Source of the DNA: Candidatus Brocadia sp.
GTDB lineage: Bacteria; Planctomycetota; Brocadiia; Brocadiales; Brocadiaceae
Reading direction: 5' to 3'
DNA length: 32,000 nt
NCBI GenBank assembly: GCA_021650915.1
Contig: CP091279.1
Coordinates: forward strand, 930,001-962,000
Shown here in pieces: positions 18,544 to 26,378 of this stretch; the first letter of the stretch is position 1, and the number at the start of each line of letters is the position of its first letter. A program made the position numbers and the translations under genes. The notes under the pieces were generated by a model. The model was not told where the DNA came from and did no database searches. It was given only the letters and a program-made list of their open reading frames with translations.

Positions 18544-19138
18544 TTATAAATCAGGTGTTCCCCTTGCAGCATGCCATATTCTTACCATTTCAATTACCTT
18601 CTTGTTCCTTTTGACCCGATAGACAATTCGGTAAGGATTTTTCATTAGGCCTTCGGCGACTTCCCCCCCCTGTTTCCCCTCGCAAACAGGGGAAACAAAT
18701 AATGTCTCTCCCCGTTTACGGGGGGATTATGGGGGGTGTTTAAAATTCCTTACATTGAATCAGGCCATCGGCGACTTTTCATTATAAGGTTAAACCCACC
18801 CCTGAATCCCCTCCCAGGAGGGGACTTCTTTCGTCCCCTCTTGAGACTTCGTCGTGAGCTCAGTCGACCGAGGGGGTTGGGGGTGTGTAAGGCAGGAGCA
18901 AAAAGATTGGAATTCCCATACATTTAATGTAGAGCGACGAGGCTCGTCGCTCTACAACCGCATCTCGAAATTCCGGGACAACGCTACCTGATGCGGGAAA
19001 TTTTGGAAGTTGCTTTATGTGGTGGAGTATTTTGTTTCGAAATTGATTTGCAGCAGGGAGATTATTTTCCGCGATGAAAAGAATGATGTCCCGAAAGTCC
19101 AGCCTGGCAGTGGGTGACCACTCTATTTCGAGATCCAT
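18544..19138 (-). pseudogene. parE: ParE/RelE-family toxin gene split by a ~335-bp nested repeat insertion
   Basis: N-terminal fragment (19138 to ~18978): MDLEIEWSPTARLDFRDIILFIAENNLPAANQF...VVPEF. C-terminal fragment (~18640 to 18544): NPYRIVYRVKRNKKVIEMVRIWHAARGTPDL*. Family 2 repeat sequence lies between them. Confidence 0.7.
18641..18977. repeat. nested family 2 modular repeat insertion (two units plus the palindrome GTAGAGCGACGAGGCTCGTCGCTCTAC)
   Basis: Shares core, flank and palindrome modules with 4451-4681 and 25216-25489. Confidence 0.65.
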
Positions 19139-19287
19139 GATGAAGATTCATCTTCAATTTGATTATGAGGAATTCCTTTCCCTTCATCCAATTCTTTTAA
19201 AGTCATATCAAGTCAAACATTGTTAGTACAAGGGTTATCCTCGGGACATATTATGCAAACCAACCACCCTTCTGCAGTTATTCATGC

Positions 19288-20672
19288 GTTTCAGTTCCTA
19301 CCATCAGAAATGTCCCCTCGTCCCTCGTCTTTCGTCCCTCGTCTTTTGTCTCTCTTTACCGTCTCAGTTCCTACCGGCAGAAAGATCCTTCCAGATCACG
19401 TTTTTAGGAGGGAAAGGCCGGATAAACGCTAGCGTAAACTGATTGGTACCTTAACCATCGACTCAACATCAAACATCGAACATCGAATGTCGAATTACGA
19501 GGTTTTCTTATCCTTCGACATTCATGATTCCTTGTTCGACATTCGATTTCTTTCTATCGTTTCAGTTCCTACCGGCAGGAATGTCCTTTCAGACATTACC
19601 GCGATTTTTTTTCTCCCCATAGCGATATGGTTTCAGTTCCTACCGGCAGGAATGTCCTTTCAGACTTTAAAACTACCGGTTTAACCATGAAGAGTTTGTT
19701 TCAGTTCCTACCGGCAGGAATGTCCTTTCAGACAAGAACATCGCGGTACTCGCGATGTTTCTACTGTTTCAGTTCCTACCGGCAGGAATGTCCTTTCAGA
19801 CATGCCACATCGAGGGATGTCCGGTGTTGGCCAAGTTTCAGTTCCTACCGGCAGGAATGTCCTTTCAGACAGGTGTTCAACACTATGGGGGGAACGCAGA
19901 GTTTCAGTTCCTACCGGCAGGAATGTCCTTTCAGACTTGTGTTTAACGGGCTCTTGTCCAGTGCTTGGGTTTCAGTTCCTACCGGCAGGAATGTCCTTTC
20001 AGACAATTGAGGAATTGCGAGAAAAGGGATTCTTGGGTTTCAGTTCCTACCGGCAGGAATGTCCTTTCAGACTTGTTGGGGGCAAAAAGGAGAGAGAATG
20101 GCTGTTTCAGTTCCTACCGGCAGGAATGTCCTTTCAGACATGGATTGGAAGGGAAAGGCGTTTGTGATACTGTTTCAGTTCCTACCGGCAGGAATGTCCT
20201 TTCAGACCAACCTGCGTGACGGTCGGTTGACCCCCTAGTTTCAGTTCCTACCGGCAGGAATGTCCTTTCAGACCTTCAGGCGAATCTTTCTCTTTCCGCA
20301 AGAAAGTTTCAGTTCCTACCGGCAGGAATGTCCTTTCAGACTGAGGTATTTAGTTTTACGCGGCATTTGATTGTTTCAGTTCCTACCGGCAGGAATGTCC
20401 TTTCAGACCATGGAAGTCACTTGCCCTCGTGGGCGTTTGTTTCAGTTCCTACCGGCAGGAATGTCCTTTCAGACTGTCAAGGAGATTACCATGAGCAAGA
20501 TTTGTTTCAGTTCCTACCGGCAGGAATGTCCTTTCAGACCGAACTGAACTGGGGCGGCGGCGATTTCAGGTTTCAGTTCCTACCGGCAGGAATGTCCTTT
20601 CAGACTGAGTTGGAAAGGAAAGGCGTTTGTAACACTGTTTCAGTTCCTACCGGCAGGAATGTCCTTTCAGAC
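19288..20672 (-). CRISPR. CRISPR array: 17 identical 36-bp repeats (19559-20672) with 16 spacers of 29-35 bp, plus two degenerate repeats at 19288-19323 and 19361-19396
   Basis: Plus-strand repeat is GTTTCAGTTCCTACCGGCAGGAATGTCCTTTCAGAC. The minus-strand form GTCTGAAAGGACATTCCTGCCGGTAGGAACTGAAAC ends in the canonical ...GAAAC tag region and matches the cas gene strand. Degenerate repeats lie at the low-coordinate (trailer) end. Confidence 0.95.
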
Positions 20673-20851
20673 TCTTCACTTTACAAGTCTTTATTTGCTG
20701 ATATGTTACATTGACAATATTTAGAACCTCCCCCAAAAACATCTTCAATGAGTGATTTTTCAGGGAGGTTCTCAATGGATGGGGTAAATTTGCATGTGCG
20801 GCAGGGTAAACAGTCGCCGTTTGGCTATAAGAACCGATGGTATACCTCCGT
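20673..20851 (-). promoter_or_regulatory. putative CRISPR leader between the cas2 stop and the first repeat
   Basis: AT-rich segment next to the perfect-repeat end of the array. Contains a 10-bp-stem inverted repeat AGAACCTCCC...GGGAGGTTCT (20723-20772). No promoter could be fixed confidently. Confidence 0.5.
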
Positions 20852-21136
20852 TTAGACAATAAATGCATGGCCGTCATCAATATTCGCCTTTTTCATCTGA
20901 CCGATTACGGTGTCCCTGGATGAGTATTCTAACCGATACACCTTGATAAATCCAGTCTTAATATGCAGTCCTTCCAGTCGCCCGATCAATTCGTCCCTCC
21001 CCCTCTTATTCAACCTGCATTCAAAGACGCTCTTCTGCACCCGAAACCCGAACCCCTTCAGTACCTTATCCACCCTCTCCCGTTCCGCGTCGGAGGTGAT
21101 GTCATACACCACGGCATAATCAGATATCCCTTTCAT
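20852..21136 (-). CDS. cas2: CRISPR-associated endoribonuclease Cas2
   Basis: 94 aa. VVYDITSD...RVQKSVFECRL is the classic Cas2 ferredoxin-fold signature. Confidence 0.9.
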   Translation of the reverse strand: MKGISDYAVVYDITSDAERERVDKVLKGFGFRVQKSVFECRLNKRGRDELIGRLEGLHIKTGFIKVYRLEYSSRDTVIGQMKKANIDDGHAFIV

Positions 21137-21256
21137 AGATTTTTAAAGAACCCCTTTCTGACCCATGATATTTCAAACGCTCCTGCCCGGAGCAGAGACC
21201 GTCGCCCGGATCTCTTTCGTCCTTTCATAAAGGAAATTTGGTTGCGGCTGTGCTGC

Positions 21257-21388
21257 GTTATGCAATTATGGTTAACCCCGCAGGGGTGGCATAGTATCGC
21301 TGTTTTTCCGATATTTCACCCCTGCGGGGTTGAATATAGCGGTGCGTTTTTTCTATAATCATGTCATCCCTTCGGGATTTTTCAAAAA
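21257..21388 (+). repeat. family 3 repeat, second copy
   Basis: Near-identical to 17367-17500. Followed by hairpins at 21399-21423 and 21488-21502, which parallel 17726-17753 and 17767-17785. Confidence 0.7.
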
Positions 21389-21525
21389 GCTCCAAAGCTG
21401 GTTCAATCTTGCAGATTGAACCATTTATTTATTATGTATACTTCCTAACCCGAACGGGTCGGAAAAGTCAAAATCAGAAGCACGAGATTCATGATTCAAC
21501 CCTGTCAGGGTTAATTTTGCCCTAT

Positions 21526-22332
21526 TCATAATCCAGGACTCAGGAACCGTAAAAACGCTTCCCTTGTCATGGGGGTGGTTATCTCCGTGCCCCAGAACAG
21601 GGAGACCTTTTCGTCTCCGCCGGAATAGCCGCCGAACCGTTTCTGGAGGGCCCTGGCCCTTGCGGGAGAGCCGTAAAAGTTGATTTTTTGCATCGTATTT
21701 TCAGCGTCTACCGTGAATACGACCAAATCCATACAAAGTATCCTTTTCTCATTTTCGAAGAAATGCAGGTCTGACACATATGAGGTCTTTTCACAATTTG
21801 TCTCCACAACGTATAAATCCTGACCCCGATTACAGCCTTTCAGATAATCTCTTCTCAGCGTTTCAAAATATTCAGGTTTATACCCCTGGGCCTCAAGGTC
21901 ATACTGCCGTATCTCCAGCATTTCGTCTTCTGAGTATCCTTGTTTTCTTAATGCAGGAATATATCCCCGGTCATTCAGGGCAACACCCATCTGCCACCGG
22001 TTGAGGGTATATGAAATCAGGCAGGCGAATTGCTCCAGAGCGCTTACCGGATACAACCGCTTTAAATGCGGATATTGATGATGGTCCAGCACGAAGAGAT
22101 TGTGCCCTTTCTCTTGTAATTCCTTTTCTTTCAGAACATCCGGCATTTCCACAACAATCACGTGCCTCTTTAAATCGGCAAAGGTCTCATCGGGCTCCCG
22201 TGAAAGCACTGCCCCCCACCCTTGTGCTGATATGCGGACATCAAAAGATAACTTTTTAGCGATTTCTATAATCAAACGGCTTTCACCATCGTTGCACGGA
22301 CAGATTATGGTTGTGTTGGTGTTGTGAATCAT
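21526..22332 (-). CDS. DHH/DHHA1-like phosphoesterase (NrN/NrnA-like, CRISPR-associated)
   Basis: 268 aa. Motif I-like IICPCNDGES, motif II-like VIVVEMPD, motif III FVLDHHQ, and a DHHA1 GGGH-like FGGYSGGDEK near the C-terminus. Sits directly downstream of the CorA-like gene in the cmr operon. Confidence 0.6.
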   Translation of the reverse strand: MIHNTNTTIICPCNDGESRLIIEIAKKLSFDVRISAQGWGAVLSREPDETFADLKRHVIVVEMPDVLKEKELQEKGHNLFVLDHHQYPHLKRLYPVSALEQFACLISYTLNRWQMGVALNDRGYIPALRKQGYSEDEMLEIRQYDLEAQGYKPEYFETLRRDYLKGCNRGQDLYVVETNCEKTSYVSDLHFFENEKRILCMDLVVFTVDAENTMQKINFYGSPARARALQKRFGGYSGGDEKVSLFWGTEITTPMTREAFLRFLSPGL

Positions 22333-22410
22333 TGTTCAACGCTTAAATTGAAATACCATCTTATTTCCTGGACAGCACATGCCTTGCTCCTTCTGGGTTG
22401 TCACTATTTA

Positions 22411-24009
22411 CTATGGTTCTTTGGGAGAACACCACCGGGATAGCTTATCTTTAAGCCGTGATATCATTTTGCAGTTAACTGTATGCCTGAAGCGCGGACA
22501 AAAGAAAACAAATAATAAACCCATACCGAGAATAATCGCAATGATCTTAAAGGGCAGGGCATTTTTTATCTGGCAGACATCACATTGCAAAATACCCACA
22601 ATCAACCCCAGGATAAGAACAGGAAAGCCCACATACGTAATCATTGTCACTCTGCTATTGGTTTCTGCCTCTATTTTGTCTTCCACATATCCGGCCAATT
22701 CTGAAATCTCTCTTTGCAGTTCATCGTAGAGTTTTTCCAGATTCAGCAAACCCATCCATTGATCATAGATTTCAATTCCTTGCTCCTGTGGGGTAACTTC
22801 AATGAACCAGTATTTATTAACAAATTTTATAAATTCACCATGCAACCTGTCTGAGTCATCTTTGAGTTTTTTTGAACACCTTCCGGTTTCAAATTCACCG
22901 GTCAACCCATCAATATCCTCTGCAAACTTCAGGAGCATCGCCCGCTGAAAGAGGACAATCAGGGCTATCTGGTAATACATGGATTTCATGTGCTGTTTCA
23001 AATATGACGGGGCATCCGTGGCGCAGAGCAACACGAAACTGTACCGGCTCATGCCAAACAATGACCCACTCTTTGCCCATCGGGCGTAGGTGTGTCTTCG
23101 TATTAAATCGTATTTCATCGCATCGTTTTCAATATTGGCGTAATTCCCGTCAACAAAGATAAAACGATACCAGTCATCGGACGTCTCATAAACATAGCCA
23201 GCGCAGCATCTATCTTGCAGTTCTTTCGATTTCGCATTATCCGAGTAATACGAAACGATAAACATGCGATCGTCAATGAAGGGGGTATAGTAAATCTTGC
23301 CGTTGTCCATTGACATGTTATACGTATGTTTCAAGTCAAAGGGAGCAAGGAGTTCTTTGATGATATTGCTTAAATACACAATATCTTTATACTTATCTTT
23401 GTACTTCGCTTCCTCAAGATCGATGGGTTTAAAATCCTCATGTATGAAATCTTTGGGGTCGCTGTCTTTGCATAAGGAAATTTTCACCGGGAGTATTTTT
23501 GATTCCAATTTGGGAGAACAGGTATTGTTTTCTCCCAGATACGGTGGATAGACCCTCCGTGCAATATCGTTATATCGGAGAAATGTCTGAAAATCGGTCT
23601 TGCTGTCTCCACGCTGTTTTTCGGTGGTTATGGTCAGCAGTCCAATCTGATTATCAAAGAGGTGGATATCGATTTCATTGACTTGTGTCTCCATCGTTTG
23701 TTGCATGTTGTTCGAATCATAATATTCCAGCTTTAAGGTATGAAAATCCGTTCGTTTCAGGAATTCCATCCCGACGTTCCCTTCTTTATTGAATATTGCC
23801 CGCTGAACATAGGGATGAAAGTAAGAGAACTCGTTGTAGTTCTTAATAGAATCAAGGGCATAATGTGCTATCGCCCAGCCTTTTTCGCTATCATTGTTGC
23901 CGCTGCTCAATATGTGAGCAATCTTATCAGGTTCTAAATTTTTTTTGTCTGCCCTTTCATACTTAAAGGGAAATATAAATATGGTAGAAAAGTCGTTGTT
24001 ATTATTCAT
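22411..24009 (-). CDS. CRISPR-associated CorA-like membrane protein (large soluble N-domain, stalk helix, two C-terminal TM helices)
   Basis: 532 aa. C-terminus NSRVTMITYVGFPVLILGLIVGILQCD-loop-LPFKIIAIILGMGLLFVFFCPRF-basic tail mirrors CorA N..M..LT...P...GMN topology, but without GMN. ATGA overlap with cmr6 (24006-24009). Confidence 0.6.
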   Translation of the reverse strand: MNNNNDFSTIFIFPFKYERADKKNLEPDKIAHILSSGNNDSEKGWAIAHYALDSIKNYNEFSYFHPYVQRAIFNKEGNVGMEFLKRTDFHTLKLEYYDSNNMQQTMETQVNEIDIHLFDNQIGLLTITTEKQRGDSKTDFQTFLRYNDIARRVYPPYLGENNTCSPKLESKILPVKISLCKDSDPKDFIHEDFKPIDLEEAKYKDKYKDIVYLSNIIKELLAPFDLKHTYNMSMDNGKIYYTPFIDDRMFIVSYYSDNAKSKELQDRCCAGYVYETSDDWYRFIFVDGNYANIENDAMKYDLIRRHTYARWAKSGSLFGMSRYSFVLLCATDAPSYLKQHMKSMYYQIALIVLFQRAMLLKFAEDIDGLTGEFETGRCSKKLKDDSDRLHGEFIKFVNKYWFIEVTPQEQGIEIYDQWMGLLNLEKLYDELQREISELAGYVEDKIEAETNSRVTMITYVGFPVLILGLIVGILQCDVCQIKNALPFKIIAIILGMGLLFVFFCPRFRHTVNCKMISRLKDKLSRWCSPKEP

Positions 24010-24767
24010 GTGAAATACCCGTAAAACACACTGGTTTTCGCCCCAACGCCAAATTCAGACAGGGCGTATTTTAAAATATTTTCCGTCTTTTTTAAAAGAG
24101 GCGACTCCTTATCCCTGAGATTTTTCCTGTGGGCCAGACGGAAACAGTATTTCTCCCCTGCGGGAACGGTCAAAAAATGGAGCGGAAGCGGTGAATACCA
24201 GTCAGCAGGCGGGTTATTGACGGGGTCTGAATAATATTTACTGTAATGAGGCGTCATAACGTCCAATTCCAGAAATGGTTTGTTATTGTCAATTAAACAG
24301 GGGTAGGCGGGGAAGAAGACAATCTCTCCTGCCTGAGCATCTCCGTTTTCTGCCCCAAAAATCCCGGCAATATCGTCATGGTTGTCTGTTTCAGCGGCAT
24401 ATCGCGCTATGCCCTTTAAAGAGCTCCCCGGAATGACCGGCAGACCGCTCGTCCAGTCAAAGGCGAAACCGATCTCCGTTGGGTGTTCGTAACCCATGCC
24501 AAAGACAAGGCGGGAAACAGTGGTCATGGTGAAGGTGATGCCGATGCCTTCCATAAGCCTTTTTCTGTTTTCAAATGCCTCTCGATATGCTTTGCTCTTT
24601 GATAAGGTAATGAAGGATTCGAAAAACTTACCCTTTCTCTTGCTGTCAACCTCCTGGAATTTATTGTCGTTATAAATATCCGCCCACTTATAATATTTAA
24701 GGGACAGGTTAGGGGTTGATAAATTATCCGTATTACCTCTTATATCTTTAGGAAGCGGGAGTTTCAT
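24006..24767 (-). CDS. cmr6: type III-B RAMP protein Cmr6
   Basis: 253 aa. GLPVIPGSSLKGIARY, a C-terminal G-rich loop FGVGAKTSVFYGYF, and MTPHY. Confidence 0.85.
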   Translation of the reverse strand: MKLPLPKDIRGNTDNLSTPNLSLKYYKWADIYNDNKFQEVDSKRKGKFFESFITLSKSKAYREAFENRKRLMEGIGITFTMTTVSRLVFGMGYEHPTEIGFAFDWTSGLPVIPGSSLKGIARYAAETDNHDDIAGIFGAENGDAQAGEIVFFPAYPCLIDNNKPFLELDVMTPHYSKYYSDPVNNPPADWYSPLPLHFLTVPAGEKYCFRLAHRKNLRDKESPLLKKTENILKYALSEFGVGAKTSVFYGYFT

Positions 24768-25146
24768 CGCCTCTCTCCTTATTGGTTTTTATATAAAATG
24801 CAAGGGCAAATTTTTTCATCCACCCTGCGTATTCAATTGCCTCTTTTTGTCTGAGGGCATATTCTTTTACTTCCATATTCAAAATGGCATCAATCAGATT
24901 GTCCTCTCCAAACAGTTTTTTGAAAACATCAACAATGTCTTCGTACCCCTCCTTGCTCTGCAAATAGGCAATGGTCTGGCCAAGGCCGTTCTGCATAATC
25001 ATTGGCGGCAGGCCTTTCAGGAAATTGACCTTTGTTTCGTCCAGTTTCTGTATCATTTCCTGCATGAGCGGCAAAACCTTCCCTCCCCGCGCTACGGATG
25101 CGGGCTGTAACTTTTTACCGCCGTCTGTCCCTGTTATATCAGCCAT
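24748..25146 (-). CDS. cmr5: type III-B small subunit Cmr5 (Cas11 family)
   Basis: 132 aa, helical. MQNGLGQTIAYLQSK is a Cmr5-type motif. Position between cmr4 and cmr6; GGGGAGGG RBS upstream. Confidence 0.8.
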   Translation of the reverse strand: MADITGTDGGKKLQPASVARGGKVLPLMQEMIQKLDETKVNFLKGLPPMIMQNGLGQTIAYLQSKEGYEDIVDVFKKLFGEDNLIDAILNMEVKEYALRQKEAIEYAGWMKKFALAFYIKTNKERGDETPAS

Positions 25147-25215
25147 TTTGCCCTCCCCATGGTTTAATCTTTGATAAAATATGGCAACATCTTCGGCAAA
25201 AATTAAGAACGCAAT

Positions 25216-25489
25216 TCAATCATGCCTTCAGTGACCTTCTCAATGTAGGGCGACGAGGCTCGTCGCTCTACAATTCTACAACCGCAACTTTGAAATTCCT
25301 GCACATTGGATTAGACCTTATCGATTTTTTATCATACGATAAAACCCACCCCTGAATCCCCTCTTTCTAGAGGGGAATTACAAAAGATTGAAATTCCTTA
25401 CATTTAATCAACCCTATCAGGGTTTAAAACCCTGACAGGGTTGACTCACGAATTCTGCGCATCGGACTTCGTCGTGAGCGCTCAGTCGA
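25216..25489. repeat. family 2 modular repeat plus tandem AACCCT..AGGGTT hairpins filling the cmr4-cmr5 gap
   Basis: Palindrome GTAGGGCGACGAGGCTCGTCGCTCTAC, core ACCCACCCCTGAATCCCCTC, TTGAAATTCCTTACATT flank, hairpins at 25410-25442. The module GACTTCGTCGTGAGCGCTCAGTCGA is also present at ~18845-18870. Confidence 0.65.
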
Positions 25490-26366
25490 ACGATTTTATC
25501 TTTTCCGGCCCAACGGGGTTGGGCGTTTGCGCAATATTATGGCTCATCTTCACAAAACCATAGCCTATGGTCTCATTACCCCCTATCTGTAATATCCGCC
25601 CGGCAATCTTCGCGCATAATTTTAACATTACGTCATCACTGCCCCGGTAAGCAGGTTTCATGATCGTGTAGAAGACGGCATCCGCGGGCACAACTTCTTC
25701 ATACCAGAGGTTCTTACTCTTTTTGGTATCGTTGTCTAACACATTTCTGGCGATGACCTGTGTGGCAGTCGTGACAAGGGTTTTAAAGATATCGTCGGCA
25801 ACGATAATGAGCCTTTGCCTGAAAATATCTTCGGGAAAAAAATGCGGAACGGTAAGGCTTTTGAGAAATGCAAACAAGGCAGATGAAGATGCAGAGCCAT
25901 CTGCAACGGCAACCGGAAAGTCTTCCAAAATTACCCGACTGGCATAAGCAGGGCTCCGGAAGGCAATATTGTCGGCGGCTGCTTCATTTCGGGATATCCC
26001 AATAAACTGCAAATCGCGCTTGAGTCTCTCGATAACAAACGGGCAGGTGATCCACTTAAACACCCCTTCCGATGAGCGGACCGGGAAGAGGAGTATTTTG
26101 GCATCCGTAAAAACCACTTTGCCTGATGCGCTGTCTCTTTGATCATTGCCCTCTGTGCCAAAGATAGCGTTGATATCCGTCTCAGACGGTCCGTCCCATT
26201 CAAAAAAACACCGCAGGCTTCCCTTCATTGCGGATGAGAACACCACAGGATATTCCGTATGCTTCTCCCGCTGCACAGTCAGGTCAATTGCCCCTGCCGA
26301 GTCTCCTGCCCCTGCATGAAGCGGTGTGAGTGCATAAAAGGTAAATAAACTGCCGTTGTCAGACAT
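25482..26366 (-). CDS. cmr4: type III-B RAMP protein Cmr4 (Cas7 backbone/target RNase subunit)
   Basis: 294 aa. ALTPLHAGAGDSAGAIDLTVQRE carries the conserved Asp (D28) in the position of the catalytic Asp. SSAMKGSLR is also present. Confidence 0.9.
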   Translation of the reverse strand: MSDNGSLFTFYALTPLHAGAGDSAGAIDLTVQREKHTEYPVVFSSAMKGSLRCFFEWDGPSETDINAIFGTEGNDQRDSASGKVVFTDAKILLFPVRSSEGVFKWITCPFVIERLKRDLQFIGISRNEAAADNIAFRSPAYASRVILEDFPVAVADGSASSSALFAFLKSLTVPHFFPEDIFRQRLIIVADDIFKTLVTTATQVIARNVLDNDTKKSKNLWYEEVVPADAVFYTIMKPAYRGSDDVMLKLCAKIAGRILQIGGNETIGYGFVKMSHNIAQTPNPVGPEKIKSFD

Positions 26367-26378
26367 AATTTCTCCCCC

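Noticed and set aside
19397-19558. Possibility that the 162-bp segment holds two further decayed repeats
   Set aside because: Windows at the expected ~67-73-bp periodicity (around 19430 and 19495) show no resemblance to the repeat consensus. The segment has its own inverted repeat instead.
19487-20714. Plus-strand ORFs of 63-128 aa running through the array (for example 19627-20010, 19802-20167, 20328-20714) with recurring VSVPTGRNVLSD / FQFLPAGMSFQT / FSSYRQECPFR peptides
   Set aside because: They are translations of the 36-bp CRISPR repeat in three frames. The periodicity comes from the array, not from a repeat protein.
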